Part shown: one piece after another, positions 7,180 through 16,668 of the stretch
Layout: the number at the start of each line of letters is the position of its first letter
How positions within the stretch are numbered: position 1 is the stretch's first letter
From: Saprospiraceae bacterium
Lineage (GTDB): Bacteria > Bacteroidota > Bacteroidia > Chitinophagales > Saprospiraceae
Direction: 5' to 3'
Length of the DNA: 64,000 nucleotides
Assembly (NCBI GenBank): GCA_016787345.1
Contig: JAEUUU010000013.1
Span: forward strand, 25,357 to 89,356
Notes under the pieces: model-generated
Told to the model about the DNA's origin: nothing
Databases searched by the model: none
Seen by the model: the letters and a program-made list of their open reading frames with translations, nothing else
Position numbers and translations under genes: made by a program

Positions 7180-10100
7180 TTACATCTTCACCATTCTCCC
7201 GCCGTTCAGCATCTCCCCATCCCGCCCGATCCGGTAGTAATACACACCGGCCGGCAAACCCGAGAGGTTTTGCTCAAAAACAGGGGCATTAACCGGGCGC
7301 TGCAGCAGCAGCCGACCCTCGGGCGAGAACAGGTAAAAATTCAGGCCCTCCGTCGTTTCCAGACCTTCCAGGCGGACGCGCAGCAGGTCGGCCGCCGGTT
7401 GCGGCGCGATGGATACCTGTACCCGGTTGCCGGCTGCTTCTCCCGTAGCGCTCGATGCCGATTCGATAAAATCCTTGCTCACGGTATGCCAGGTAGTATT
7501 GGTCTGGATGGCCTCGTTGTTGTCGAAATAAATGCCGGCCGTGTTTTCGATTACGGTGTTCAGCGGTACGTCGGGGCGCTGTGAAACGGTGAATTTGACA
7601 AAGCCCTGCGATGCCTCCGGGTTGCTGCTGCTGTCGGGCAAATTGATGTCGGCAAAACGAAACACCAGCGTGCCGCTGCCTTCGATGTTCCAGGTGTACG
7701 GGTGGCTCGAAGCGCCGGGGCGCACCGAGGCGGGGTCGAGCCATTGCACGGCCAGCGGGTCGCGGATTTCCACGTTCAGCGCCGGGGCGGTGCCGGTGTT
7801 CTGAAAACGGATGAGGTATTCCAGATCGATGTTTTGTTCGATAAAATGCTGGTTGCCATAACCGTACGGGAAACCCGTCTTGTCGTTAGGGTCGTACGAA
7901 TTCACGCTTTCCAGGCAAAAAATATCGAGCCAGGTATCCTGATCGCCCAGGGCGTACTGGTTGACGAAGCCCAGGCTGTTGGCGCCGTTGCCGCCGCAAC
8001 CCTGGATAAAGGCGATAGGCAGGTTGAGCCCGGGGAAACCGGGCGCCTGATCGGCTTCCAGACGGAACAGCGAACCGTCGGCGGGCAAATTCACGAGCTG
8101 GCTTTGTCCGGAAGCCAACTGAAACTGTCCCATCATCAGCATGACGTTGTCTTCGGCCACCACGTATTCGAGCGCCTGCGACATGTCGCCGCTGCCCACG
8201 TTCTGAATGGTAAAGACGACGTTGTCGCCGTCGCATACGGCCGACACCACGATCTGCGAACCATCCCAGTCGGGGCCGGGCGGCAGCGAACAGGTGTCGG
8301 GGTAGGCATGCGCCTCGACGCAGTAGGTTGTGCCCGCGGGGTCGCTGCAGGGCGCCACGGCATTGATCTGGAAGGTGCCGCCCTGGCCCGGATTGAGGTT
8401 GCCCAGATCGAAAGTGTACACGTTGCCGTTGACGGCCGTCCAGGGAATACTGCTCGTCGTAACAACCAGACTGGGGTCGATTGTCACGTCGACCGTGGCC
8501 GGCGTGGCCGGTTCGGCGCCGATATTGCGGTAGGTCACCACGTAGTAACTGGTAGAGCAGGGGCGAATCTGCCAGGTGGCAATATCCACCTCCATGATCG
8601 GGCACTCGGGCAGGGTGTCGCACTGGAACCCGAAATCGGACTGGTGGCTCAGGCCGTCGTCGAAGGTAAAGACATCTTCCCCGGGGCAGCTGGTAAAGGC
8701 GCAGTACAGATTGGAAGAATCGGAAGGCCATTCGATGATGACGTTGGCGCCCATCGAATTGTTGGCGTCCGTCAATTGATCGAATACGTAATACCCGCTG
8801 GAATCGGTGGTGGTGGTATACGTTTGATTGACTGCGCCGCCGCCGTAGAGATAAAGATTCACCGTCAGTCCTTCGAAGCCGGTTGTTTCGAAAGAGTCGC
8901 GGAAACAATCGCCGTCGACGTCGTAAAACGCGTAGCCATACACGCTGTCGAGTGCCTGCGGCTGGAGCATAAGCACAAAATCAAGGTTGTTTGAAGTGTC
9001 CGCCTGCATTACATCGGTCGGAATCACCGCCTGGCAAAGCACCCAGGCCGGGTTGGGTTCCACGAGTTTCAGCTGGTAGTCGCCGGAGTCGAGCGGCAGA
9101 TAGTAGTTGCCGTTGGCATCGCTTCTGGCCCAGAAAACGTCGTTGTTACTCCGGTCGATCTGGATTAAATTGCCAACCATTGCGGCGCCGGGCGTGCAGC
9201 TGTTGGTCGAGTCGAAACTCACTTTGCCGCTCACGCCGGAATAAAATGAGTTGCCGTCGGGGTCGGTTTTGATCACGTAGGGTTTGTCCTGGCCGGTAAA
9301 CCAGGCATTGTTGTACGAGCCCGCGATCAGGCAGGAGTTATCGGGCAGCAGGGTCATGTGAAAAGCGCTGGTCCAGGCGCCACCGCCGTAGTTTTTTTGC
9401 CAGTTGGTCTGTCCGGTCAGGTCAATATCCATCAGGCCCACGGCATCGTTGCCGGTGTAATTTTTGATCAGCATGCGGTAGCCGCTTCCATCCGCTTTGC
9501 TTTTTGTTTCCAGCAGGTAAAAGGAGGGTGTCTGCGGGTACACGTTTAGCCATTCTTCTGTGCCCTGTGCGTCCTGTTTTTGTAAAAACGACTGAAAACC
9601 AATACGTCCGCTCAGCAGCAGGCCGCCATCGGGCGTCGGTTCGGCGTCGAGCAAGCTGTAACTGTTGTTGCCGGTTCCCCATTCGGTTTGTCCGGTCAAA
9701 TTGCCCGCCGCGTCGTAGGTATTGGTGAGAATACGGCTGGAATTACCCGGTCCCAAAGGGTTTCCATAACCCAATACTTTCACACCGCCGCCCGGCAGGG
9801 GCGCCAGGTCTCTCACCGTAAAATAATTAAACCCGGCCGTCGTGGTAAATACCACGTTGCCTTGCAGATCGAGGCGTGTTACAAAACCCGACACCGGCCA
9901 TTCGCCCCAGCTGCCAGCCAGCCAGAAGCCGGTGGCATCGGCCAGCAATGCACGACCGCTTTCGTATTTGTCGGGCAAGCCAACGGTTTTATGCCATTCC
10001 AGGTTGTATTGCGCGTCGTATTTGAGCACCGAGGCGTCTGTGAATCCGCTGGGTCCCGTGCTCATTCCCCCCACGATCGCCACGCCGCCATCGGGCGTTG

Positions 10101-10377
10101 CAATCATATCGAAGGCAATATCGGAACCCGGCGTAGGCACGCTCTGCGTCCAGGTTTCAAAGCCGTTTGCATCGGTTTTTATCAATTGTAAATCGCTGGC
10201 CAGCGAGCCGCTACTGGGCGAAACCAATACCAGGACGCCGCCGTCGGATGTGGGCAGGGCGGCCTGCGCTTGTCGTTGGTTGATGGGATAGCTGCGCTCC
10301 CAGCCCTGGCCGTGCAAAAAAACAGGCAGGCCAACCAGGCAGATCAGAAGCCGAATCAAAAGGTGTGATGTGTTCAT
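7180..10377 (-). CDS. Large secreted protein with T9SS type A C-terminal sorting domain
   Basis: 1065 aa with signal peptide 'MNTSHLLIRLLICLVGLPVFLHG'. Contains the 'SYDPNDK' motif. The Por-type CTD ends '...LSGLPAGVYYYRIGRDGEMLNGGRMVKM'. Confidence 0.85.
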   Translation of the reverse strand: MNTSHLLIRLLICLVGLPVFLHGQGWERSYPINQRQAQAALPTSDGGVLVLVSPSSGSLASDLQLIKTDANGFETWTQSVPTPGSDIAFDMIATPDGGVAIVGGMSTGPSGFTDASVLKYDAQYNLEWHKTVGLPDKYESGRALLADATGFWLAGSWGEWPVSGFVTRLDLQGNVVFTTTAGFNYFTVRDLAPLPGGGVKVLGYGNPLGPGNSSRILTNTYDAAGNLTGQTEWGTGNNSYSLLDAEPTPDGGLLLSGRIGFQSFLQKQDAQGTEEWLNVYPQTPSFYLLETKSKADGSGYRMLIKNYTGNDAVGLMDIDLTGQTNWQKNYGGGAWTSAFHMTLLPDNSCLIAGSYNNAWFTGQDKPYVIKTDPDGNSFYSGVSGKVSFDSTNSCTPGAAMVGNLIQIDRSNNDVFWARSDANGNYYLPLDSGDYQLKLVEPNPAWVLCQAVIPTDVMQADTSNNLDFVLMLQPQALDSVYGYAFYDVDGDCFRDSFETTGFEGLTVNLYLYGGGAVNQTYTTTTDSSGYYVFDQLTDANNSMGANVIIEWPSDSSNLYCAFTSCPGEDVFTFDDGLSHQSDFGFQCDTLPECPIMEVDIATWQIRPCSTSYYVVTYRNIGAEPATPATVDVTIDPSLVVTTSSIPWTAVNGNVYTFDLGNLNPGQGGTFQINAVAPCSDPAGTTYCVEAHAYPDTCSLPPGPDWDGSQIVVSAVCDGDNVVFTIQNVGSGDMSQALEYVVAEDNVMLMMGQFQLASGQSQLVNLPADGSLFRLEADQAPGFPGLNLPIAFIQGCGGNGANSLGFVNQYALGDQDTWLDIFCLESVNSYDPNDKTGFPYGYGNQHFIEQNIDLEYLIRFQNTGTAPALNVEIRDPLAVQWLDPASVRPGASSHPYTWNIEGSGTLVFRFADINLPDSSSNPEASQGFVKFTVSQRPDVPLNTVIENTAGIYFDNNEAIQTNTTWHTVSKDFIESASSATGEAAGNRVQVSIAPQPAADLLRVRLEGLETTEGLNFYLFSPEGRLLLQRPVNAPVFEQNLSGLPAGVYYYRIGRDGEMLNGGRMVKM

Positions 10378-10456
10378 GTGACAACGGATTTTTTCCTTCG
10401 CAAATAGAATTTAACGCTGCAAAAATGCCGGGCGGGATTTCACAAAAAAACAACAG

Positions 10457-10485
10457 TTTGGATTAGTTGTCAAAAAGTAAATTTG
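10457..10485 (+). promoter_or_regulatory. Bacteroidota-type promoter candidate (-33 TTTG / -7 TAnnTTTG)
   Basis: 'tttg' at 10457-10460 and 'taaatttg' at 10478-10485, with a 17-nt spacer. The site is 16 nt upstream of the ATG at 10502. Confidence 0.3.
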
Positions 10486-10501
10486 CGTATAAAAATATTA
10501 A

Positions 10502-11884
10502 ATGACTGAAAACAAGTTATTTGATTTATTCTCTCAACTCAGTGGTCCCGAAAAAAGAGAATGTTCGGCATTTTTAAACAGCGCCTATTTCAACCGCCGC
10601 AACGACGTGTGCCGCCTTTGGGAATATTTGCTGGAAAGCCCGGAGCCCAATGTGCCCGACGCTTACGGATTTGCCTATCCCGGCGTCGCCTTCGACGACC
10701 TTCGCTGGAGGCATCTGCAATCGTTTTTGCTGGCCCGGATCGAAAATTTTCTCGCCCAGCGCGCCTGGGAACAACACCCGGTCGAGGCCGACCTGCAACT
10801 CGCCTCGGTGTACCGCCGCAAATTTCCGGGCAAACCGCTCGACCACGTACTCCGCCGGGCAGGCACTCATCTCGACAAAATGCCGCGCGACAACGAGTAC
10901 TACCACCTGCTTTACCGCCTCGAATGGGAAAAATACGCCTCTATGGAGTCGCGCGGCCATACCCGCGACAACAACCTGGCTGCCGTAGGCCGCGCGCTCG
11001 ACGTGTATCTGCTCGGCGCCAAATTGCGCCTGGCCTGCCTCATGGAGTCGCACCGCACCGTGTTCAATACCGATTTCGATACACGCTTTTTGCCCCTGCT
11101 GCTTCAGTACCTCGACGGCAGCGAACTGCTTCAGGAACCGATCGTTGCACTCTATTATCATTGCTACCGCTCGCTGAGCGACGGTCGCGACGACGATTTT
11201 CAGGCTTTTCGCCGCGAACTCGAGCGGCAAAACGACTTCCTGCCCGCCGAAGAACGCCGGATTTTCCTGTTGCTGGCCATCAATTATTGTATCCGGCGGC
11301 TCAATACCGGCGAACCACGCTACATTCAGGAGGCTTTCGATCTTTATCAGGTCGGGCTGGAAACGGGCATCCTGCTCGAAAACGAACACATCAGCCGTTT
11401 TGCCTTTAAAAACATCGCCGCACTGGGCCTTCGGCTCGAACGGTACGACTGGGTGCAGGGCTTTATTGATCGTTATGGCGCTTTTTTGGAGGAAAAACAC
11501 CGGGAAGCCAACCGGCGCTACAACCAGGCGCGACTGCATTTCGCCCGCAAAGAATACGAACGCGCCATGCCGCTGCTGGCCCAGGTAGACGAAAGCGACC
11601 TGATGCTCAACCTCGACAGCCGGGTGATGCTGCTCAAAATGTACTACGAAACGGGCGAATGGGATGCCCTCGACGCGCTGATCGCCAGCTTCAAAATCTT
11701 CCTCTTGCGCAAAAAAAAGAGCCTGGGTTACCACCAGGCTCATTACCTCAACATTTTGCGTTTTGTACAAAAACTGACGCGACTAAGGCACAACGATCGC
11801 CGTGCCGTGGCCGCCCTGCGCAGCGCCATTCAACAACAAACGGCCCTTATTGAAAAAGACTGGCTGCTGGAAATGCTGGATTGA
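10502..11884 (+). CDS. Hypothetical all-helical (TPR-like) protein
   Basis: 460-aa ORF with a clean ATG after an AT-rich leader. The composition is helical-repeat-like. No family recognised. The long antisense ORF 10574..11770 was judged an artefact. Confidence 0.7.
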   Translation: MTENKLFDLFSQLSGPEKRECSAFLNSAYFNRRNDVCRLWEYLLESPEPNVPDAYGFAYPGVAFDDLRWRHLQSFLLARIENFLAQRAWEQHPVEADLQLASVYRRKFPGKPLDHVLRRAGTHLDKMPRDNEYYHLLYRLEWEKYASMESRGHTRDNNLAAVGRALDVYLLGAKLRLACLMESHRTVFNTDFDTRFLPLLLQYLDGSELLQEPIVALYYHCYRSLSDGRDDDFQAFRRELERQNDFLPAEERRIFLLLAINYCIRRLNTGEPRYIQEAFDLYQVGLETGILLENEHISRFAFKNIAALGLRLERYDWVQGFIDRYGAFLEEKHREANRRYNQARLHFARKEYERAMPLLAQVDESDLMLNLDSRVMLLKMYYETGEWDALDALIASFKIFLLRKKKSLGYHQAHYLNILRFVQKLTRLRHNDRRAVAALRSAIQQQTALIEKDWLLEMLD

Positions 11885-11889
11885 GGGGC

Positions 11890-12342
11890 TCAGCCGAGCA
11901 GCTGCGCCGTGTGGTTCTCCGTATCGACCTTGGCAATGATCTCTTCGATCTTCCCGTCGCCGCCGATGATAAAGGTGGTGCGGTGAATGCCGTCGTAGGT
12001 TCGGCCCATGAATTTTTTGGGGCCCCACACGCCGTACGCGATCGACACCGAGTGGTCTTCGTCGGCCAGCAGGCTGAACGGAAGTTGGTATTTTTCGCGG
12101 AACTTCACGTGTTTTTTTGCGGAATCGGGGCTTACACCCAGGATGTCGTATCCTTTGGCGATAAATTGCGAATAGCCGTCGCGCAAGCTGCAAGCCTGGG
12201 CCGTGCAGCCCGGGGTGTCGTCTTTCGGATAAAAATAGAGCACGAGTTTTTTGCCCTTGAAATCGGCAAGGCGAACGGTTTCGCCTTTTTCATTGATGGA
12301 GGAAAAGTCGGGGGCGGGATCGCCAACCTGGAGATGGTGCAT
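11890..12342 (-). CDS. bcp: Thioredoxin-dependent thiol peroxidase (Bcp/PrxQ peroxiredoxin)
   Basis: 'LYFYPKDDTPGCTAQAC' peroxiredoxin active site. Start trimmed to the ATG at 12342 ('MHHLQVGDPAPDF'). The track's 19-aa extension looks spurious. Confidence 0.9.
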   Translation of the reverse strand: MHHLQVGDPAPDFSSINEKGETVRLADFKGKKLVLYFYPKDDTPGCTAQACSLRDGYSQFIAKGYDILGVSPDSAKKHVKFREKYQLPFSLLADEDHSVSIAYGVWGPKKFMGRTYDGIHRTTFIIGGDGKIEEIIAKVDTENHTAQLLG

Positions 12343-12460
12343 AAAACGAGCGATTGATTTGGCCTTGAAACGAATACAAACCGCAAAGGTTGTCCACATA
12401 CGCTGTTTTCTGGATGTCTGTCCTGCACTTTATGCGACAACCGCCGGAAACCCCGATCCA

Positions 12461-13621
12461 TCACCGCACTTGCCGGCCTTTCCAGGTATAACGGCGCAGC
12501 GTTAAACTGGCTGTCCCCACCGAAACGATGTAAATGAGGTGGATAAAAAAGGCCGGCAAAAAGGCCCGCATCAGGTCTTTACGGCCAAAAAAGCGGCACA
12601 GTTCCCGCAGAAAAATCGCATCGCAGACTGCTTTAACCACCAGTTGAACAGCCGGCAGCCAGCCCGGCGCCCACCCTGCCACGACCGCTGCGAGATTTAA
12701 TACTATGGAGCAGGAAAACAAAAACACCGCCAGCAAGGCGATTTTGGGCCCCACCTCGGGTAAAGCGGCGTTTTTGGTGCCCCAGCGCAGGCGTTGTTGG
12801 AAAAAATCGCGCCAGCCCGCCAGCGCCTCGGTGTACACTGCCGATTCGGCGTTTTTCAAAAAAAACACCCCTTCGGGCCAGCAGCGGGCGATTTTCTGGA
12901 GTAAAAACAGGTCGTCGCCCGAGGCCCGCCCGTCGTCGCCATAACCGCCCACCGCTTCGAACACCGTTTTCGGGTAAGCGAGATTGGCGCCGTTGCCGAG
13001 GCGTTGCCAGCCCAGCCGTATGCCCGCCCCGGTGACGCCCATCATGCCCAGGAAATCGAGTGCCTGAAAGCGTTGCAGCAGGTTTTTTTCGCGGTGAAAT
13101 ACCACCGGCGCCGCAATGGCTTTCGGGGTGGCGGTTTCATACGCCGAGGCGATCAGGCGCAGCCAGCCGGGCGGCGCCAGGCAATCGGCGTCGGTCGTGA
13201 CGATCAACTCGCCCGAGGCGCGGGCGATGGCCGTTTCGAGGGCGATTTTTTTGTAGGCATTAAAAACACGGCCGGCCGGCAGCGCCTCCTCCAGCCGGAT
13301 CAGGCGCAGCCGGGCGCCGTTTTGCAGCCGCCCGGCCCGCTGCACGACGATAGCGGCTGTGTCGTCGGTGGAAAAATCGTCGACGACGATGATTTCGAAC
13401 AGATCGGGCGGATAGTCGCCGCTCCCGATGCTGTCGAGGCAGGCGCCGATGTTGACCGCTTCGTTGCGCGCGGCAACAACCACGCTGATGCGCGTGCGGG
13501 GCCGGAACCCCTCCGGCGCTTGCCAGCGCGGCAGCGCTTGCCAACCCCGGCAATACGCGCCGAGCAGGGCGGCATAGGCGGCGGTCAGCGCGATTGAAAA
13601 CAAAATCCAGGCTTGATCCAT
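12461..13621 (-). CDS. Family 2 glycosyltransferase, membrane-bound
   Basis: 'ISVVVAARNEAVNIGACLDSI...IIVVDDFSTDDT' GT2 core with 'QRLRWG'-type motif, plus C-terminal TM helices. Start placed at Met15 (13621); 13663 is also possible. Confidence 0.85.
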   Translation of the reverse strand: MDQAWILFSIALTAAYAALLGAYCRGWQALPRWQAPEGFRPRTRISVVVAARNEAVNIGACLDSIGSGDYPPDLFEIIVVDDFSTDDTAAIVVQRAGRLQNGARLRLIRLEEALPAGRVFNAYKKIALETAIARASGELIVTTDADCLAPPGWLRLIASAYETATPKAIAAPVVFHREKNLLQRFQALDFLGMMGVTGAGIRLGWQRLGNGANLAYPKTVFEAVGGYGDDGRASGDDLFLLQKIARCWPEGVFFLKNAESAVYTEALAGWRDFFQQRLRWGTKNAALPEVGPKIALLAVFLFSCSIVLNLAAVVAGWAPGWLPAVQLVVKAVCDAIFLRELCRFFGRKDLMRAFLPAFFIHLIYIVSVGTASLTLRRYTWKGRQVR

Positions 13622-13734
13622 CACAATTTGGGACAAAAATCCCCGTTTTTGCAAGCATTTCAAGACAAATTGTTGCGCTACCTTTGCAAACGTCTGTCGC
13701 CCTGATGTCCAAATTCTAACGCCACCTGTCAGTC

Positions 13735-16410
13735 ATGTCCGAACCGCAAAGTCTGCTCTCGCTCAAAGCCGCTTTACAAGCCAAACGCGCCCCGCAATAC
13801 CGCCGCATCGTGCGCTGGATGTGGCGGCTGACCTACGCCGGTATTTTCGGCGTGGCCGCTTTGCTGATCGGGATCAACTTCATGGCCATCCCCTCCTTCC
13901 GCGAGCTCGAAGACCCCAACTCCGCCCTGGCGAGCGAGGTTTTGGCCAGCAACGGGGAGGTGCTCGGCCGATATTTTATCGAAAACCGCGTGCCCGTGGC
14001 CTACGAAGACCTGGGGCCGCACCTGGTCAACGCCCTCGTTTCCACCGAAGACGAGCGCTACTGGGAGCACTGCGGCGTGGATGCCTGGGCCGTGCTGCGC
14101 GTGGTGGGCCGTACCATCATTTTGCAGGACCGTTCGGCCGGCGGTGGCTCCACGGTGACCCAGCAGTTGGCCAAAATGCTCTATTCCAGCCGCGATTTCG
14201 AGGGCATGGGCAAATTTGAAAAAGTGTTTGTACTGGCCTACCGCAAACTGCGGGAGTGGATTACCGCCGTCAAACTCGAAAAAAGCTACACCAAGGAGGA
14301 GATCATGGCGATGTACCTCAACCAGGTCAATTTTGTCAACAACACCTACGGCGTTCGCGCCGCTTCCGAAGTGTATTTCGGCGTGGAGCCTGAAAAACTC
14401 AAGATCGAAGAAGCTGCGGCACTGGTGGGCATGTTGCAAAACCCCTCGCGCTACAACCCTGTCCGATTCCCCGACAAATGCATGCGCCGCCGCATGATCG
14501 TGCTGTATCAAATGCACAAACATGGCCACCTCACCGAAGCGCAATACGACAGCCTGAAAGTGCTGCCCATCGATATGAGCCGCTTCAAACAGGTGACATT
14601 TACCGACGACAAGGCGCCGTACCTCTGCGCAGAACTGAAAAAAGACGTTGCCGCCATCCTCAACCAGCCCGAAAGCCGCAAACCTGACGGCAATAAATAC
14701 GACATTTACAAAGACGGCCTGCGCATCTGGACGACCATCGACCCCGCCTACCAGCAACACGCCGAGGCGGCCATGGCCGAACATATGAAAAAGGTGCAGG
14801 CGCGCTTTTTTACCGTCTGGAAAGGCAAAGACCCCTGGACCTACCGCTCCGGCGACGCCACGCCCGAGGAAATCCAGCAACGCCAGGAATCGCTCCTGCG
14901 CGTCATGCGCGAAGGCGACCGCTACCAGGCCCTGCGCCCCCGCTACCTCGGCGCTGCGGAAGATCGTGTGCAGGAAAAATACGATTTCGAACTGCGCGAC
15001 ATCGACATCCAGCGCATGCTCGCCGAGGAGAAAAAAGCCGGCGAAATCAGCAAACAGGTGGGCAAAAAATGGGTCACCCCCGAACAGGCAGCCGCCTATC
15101 GCCGAATCATGAGCGGCCCCGAATGGCCGGAGATCAAAAAACAATGGTCGGCCCTGCAAAGCGCCATCATGAAACAATACCAGGCCAAAACCAAAATGAA
15201 GGTGTTCAGTTGGAACAACCCGCGCCTGGAAAAAGACACTTTCATGTCGCCCTACGACAGCCTGAAATACTCCCGAATGTTCCTCCAGACGGGTATTCTG
15301 GCCGTCGATCCGCTCAGCAGCGAGGTCAAAGCCTGGGTGGGCGGCGTCAATTTCAAATATTTCCAGTTCGACCACGTGCGCTCGCAACGCCAGGTGGGCT
15401 CTACCTTCAAACCTTTCGTGTATGCCACCGCCATTTCCCAACAGGGTATCAGCCCCTGCTTCCAGGTGTACGACCAGGCCGTGACCATCCCGGCCCGCTA
15501 TCAGAATTTTACCAACTCCGTCGACTGGACGCCCAAAGACGCCAACGGGTACTACTCCAACCAGCTCATGACCCTGAAAGAAGCGCTCAAAAACTCGGTC
15601 AACTCCGTGAGCGCTTTCCTCATGAAACAAATGGGCGACACCGAACCCGTGCGCGGACTGGTCAACAACATGGGCATCGACTCCGCTGCCCGCCGCCCCG
15701 ACGGCGAATACCGCATCCCGAAACAACCCGCCATCTGCCTCGGCGCGGCCGACCTGACCGTGTTCGAAATGACCGGCGCCTATTCCACTTTTGCCAACAA
15801 CGGCGTGTACGGCAAACCCTACGTGATCAAAAAAATCGAGGATAAAAACGGCCGCGTCATCTACAACGCCCTGCCCGAAGAACGCGTCGCCCTGCCACCC
15901 AACGCCAACTACGTGCTGCTCGACATGCTCAAATACAACGTCAAAGGCGCACCGGGCATCAACTCGCTCAAAAGCGAAGTAGGCGGCAAAACCGGCACCA
16001 CCAACGACTATTCCGACGGCTGGTTCATGGGCGTCACACCCCGCCTCGTGGTCGGCACCTGGGTGGGCGGTGAAGACCGCTGGATTCGTTTTCTCGGCAT
16101 CGGCGACGGACAAGGCGCGAAAATGGCGCGACCCATTTTCGCCGGCTTTATCCAGCGCCTCGAAAAAGACAAAAACTCGGGTTACGACGTCAATGCCCGC
16201 TTCAAACGACCGCCCGGCGACCTCGGCATCGAGATCAATTGCGCAGCCTACCGCGACTCGCTGCCGCCCACCGACGAGGAGTTCGCTCCCGATATTTACA
16301 ACGACGAAGCCCCGACCGACGAAGGCGGCTCCCAATCGGGCGCCAAACCCGCCGACGGCAAAACGCCCGGCCGAAAACCCGACCCGGAACGCTTCGGGGA
16401 CGAGGATTGA
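13735..16410 (+). CDS. mrcA: Class A penicillin-binding protein (PBP1A; glycosyltransferase + transpeptidase)
   Basis: GT51 motifs 'STEDERYWEHCGVD' and 'GGSTVTQQLAK'. Transpeptidase motifs 'STFKPFVYA' (SxxK) and 'KTGTTND' (KTG). Confidence 0.93.
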   Translation: MSEPQSLLSLKAALQAKRAPQYRRIVRWMWRLTYAGIFGVAALLIGINFMAIPSFRELEDPNSALASEVLASNGEVLGRYFIENRVPVAYEDLGPHLVNALVSTEDERYWEHCGVDAWAVLRVVGRTIILQDRSAGGGSTVTQQLAKMLYSSRDFEGMGKFEKVFVLAYRKLREWITAVKLEKSYTKEEIMAMYLNQVNFVNNTYGVRAASEVYFGVEPEKLKIEEAAALVGMLQNPSRYNPVRFPDKCMRRRMIVLYQMHKHGHLTEAQYDSLKVLPIDMSRFKQVTFTDDKAPYLCAELKKDVAAILNQPESRKPDGNKYDIYKDGLRIWTTIDPAYQQHAEAAMAEHMKKVQARFFTVWKGKDPWTYRSGDATPEEIQQRQESLLRVMREGDRYQALRPRYLGAAEDRVQEKYDFELRDIDIQRMLAEEKKAGEISKQVGKKWVTPEQAAAYRRIMSGPEWPEIKKQWSALQSAIMKQYQAKTKMKVFSWNNPRLEKDTFMSPYDSLKYSRMFLQTGILAVDPLSSEVKAWVGGVNFKYFQFDHVRSQRQVGSTFKPFVYATAISQQGISPCFQVYDQAVTIPARYQNFTNSVDWTPKDANGYYSNQLMTLKEALKNSVNSVSAFLMKQMGDTEPVRGLVNNMGIDSAARRPDGEYRIPKQPAICLGAADLTVFEMTGAYSTFANNGVYGKPYVIKKIEDKNGRVIYNALPEERVALPPNANYVLLDMLKYNVKGAPGINSLKSEVGGKTGTTNDYSDGWFMGVTPRLVVGTWVGGEDRWIRFLGIGDGQGAKMARPIFAGFIQRLEKDKNSGYDVNARFKRPPGDLGIEINCAAYRDSLPPTDEEFAPDIYNDEAPTDEGGSQSGAKPADGKTPGRKPDPERFGDED

Positions 16411-16494
16411 ACAAGGGCGTTTTTTCAGGGGAGACGGGGTGTTGTGACAGGAGCAACAACTTTTAAAGCAGGAAGCGGCTTCGCCGCCGGGGTT

Positions 16495-16646
16495 GATAGA
16501 CAGATTTTTTAGACAGGTTTTATTAGACAGGATTTACAAGATTTACAGGATGGGGCAGCACAGGACGGTTATTCTTATATCCTGTAAATCTTGTAAATCC
16601 TGTCTAATAAAAATCCTGTCTAATACACCCTGTCCAACCTGTCTGA
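16495..16646. repeat. Hairpin repeat element, family B (copy 1)
   Basis: Perfect 30-bp inverted repeat: 'attagacaggatttacaagatttacaggat' (16522-16551) pairs with 16579-16608, with a 27-nt loop. It is flanked by extra 'tagacagg' / 'cctgtcta' motifs. The same family occurs at 49312-49535. Confidence 0.85.
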
Positions 16647-16668
16647 ACCCAGCCCGCTCACAAACGCC

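Noticed and set aside
13774-16335. 853-aa ORF on the minus strand
   Set aside because: It is entirely antisense to the well-supported PBP1A gene. The Gly/Ala/Val/His-rich, low-complexity translation is typical of GC-rich antisense frames, and it has no recognisable motifs.
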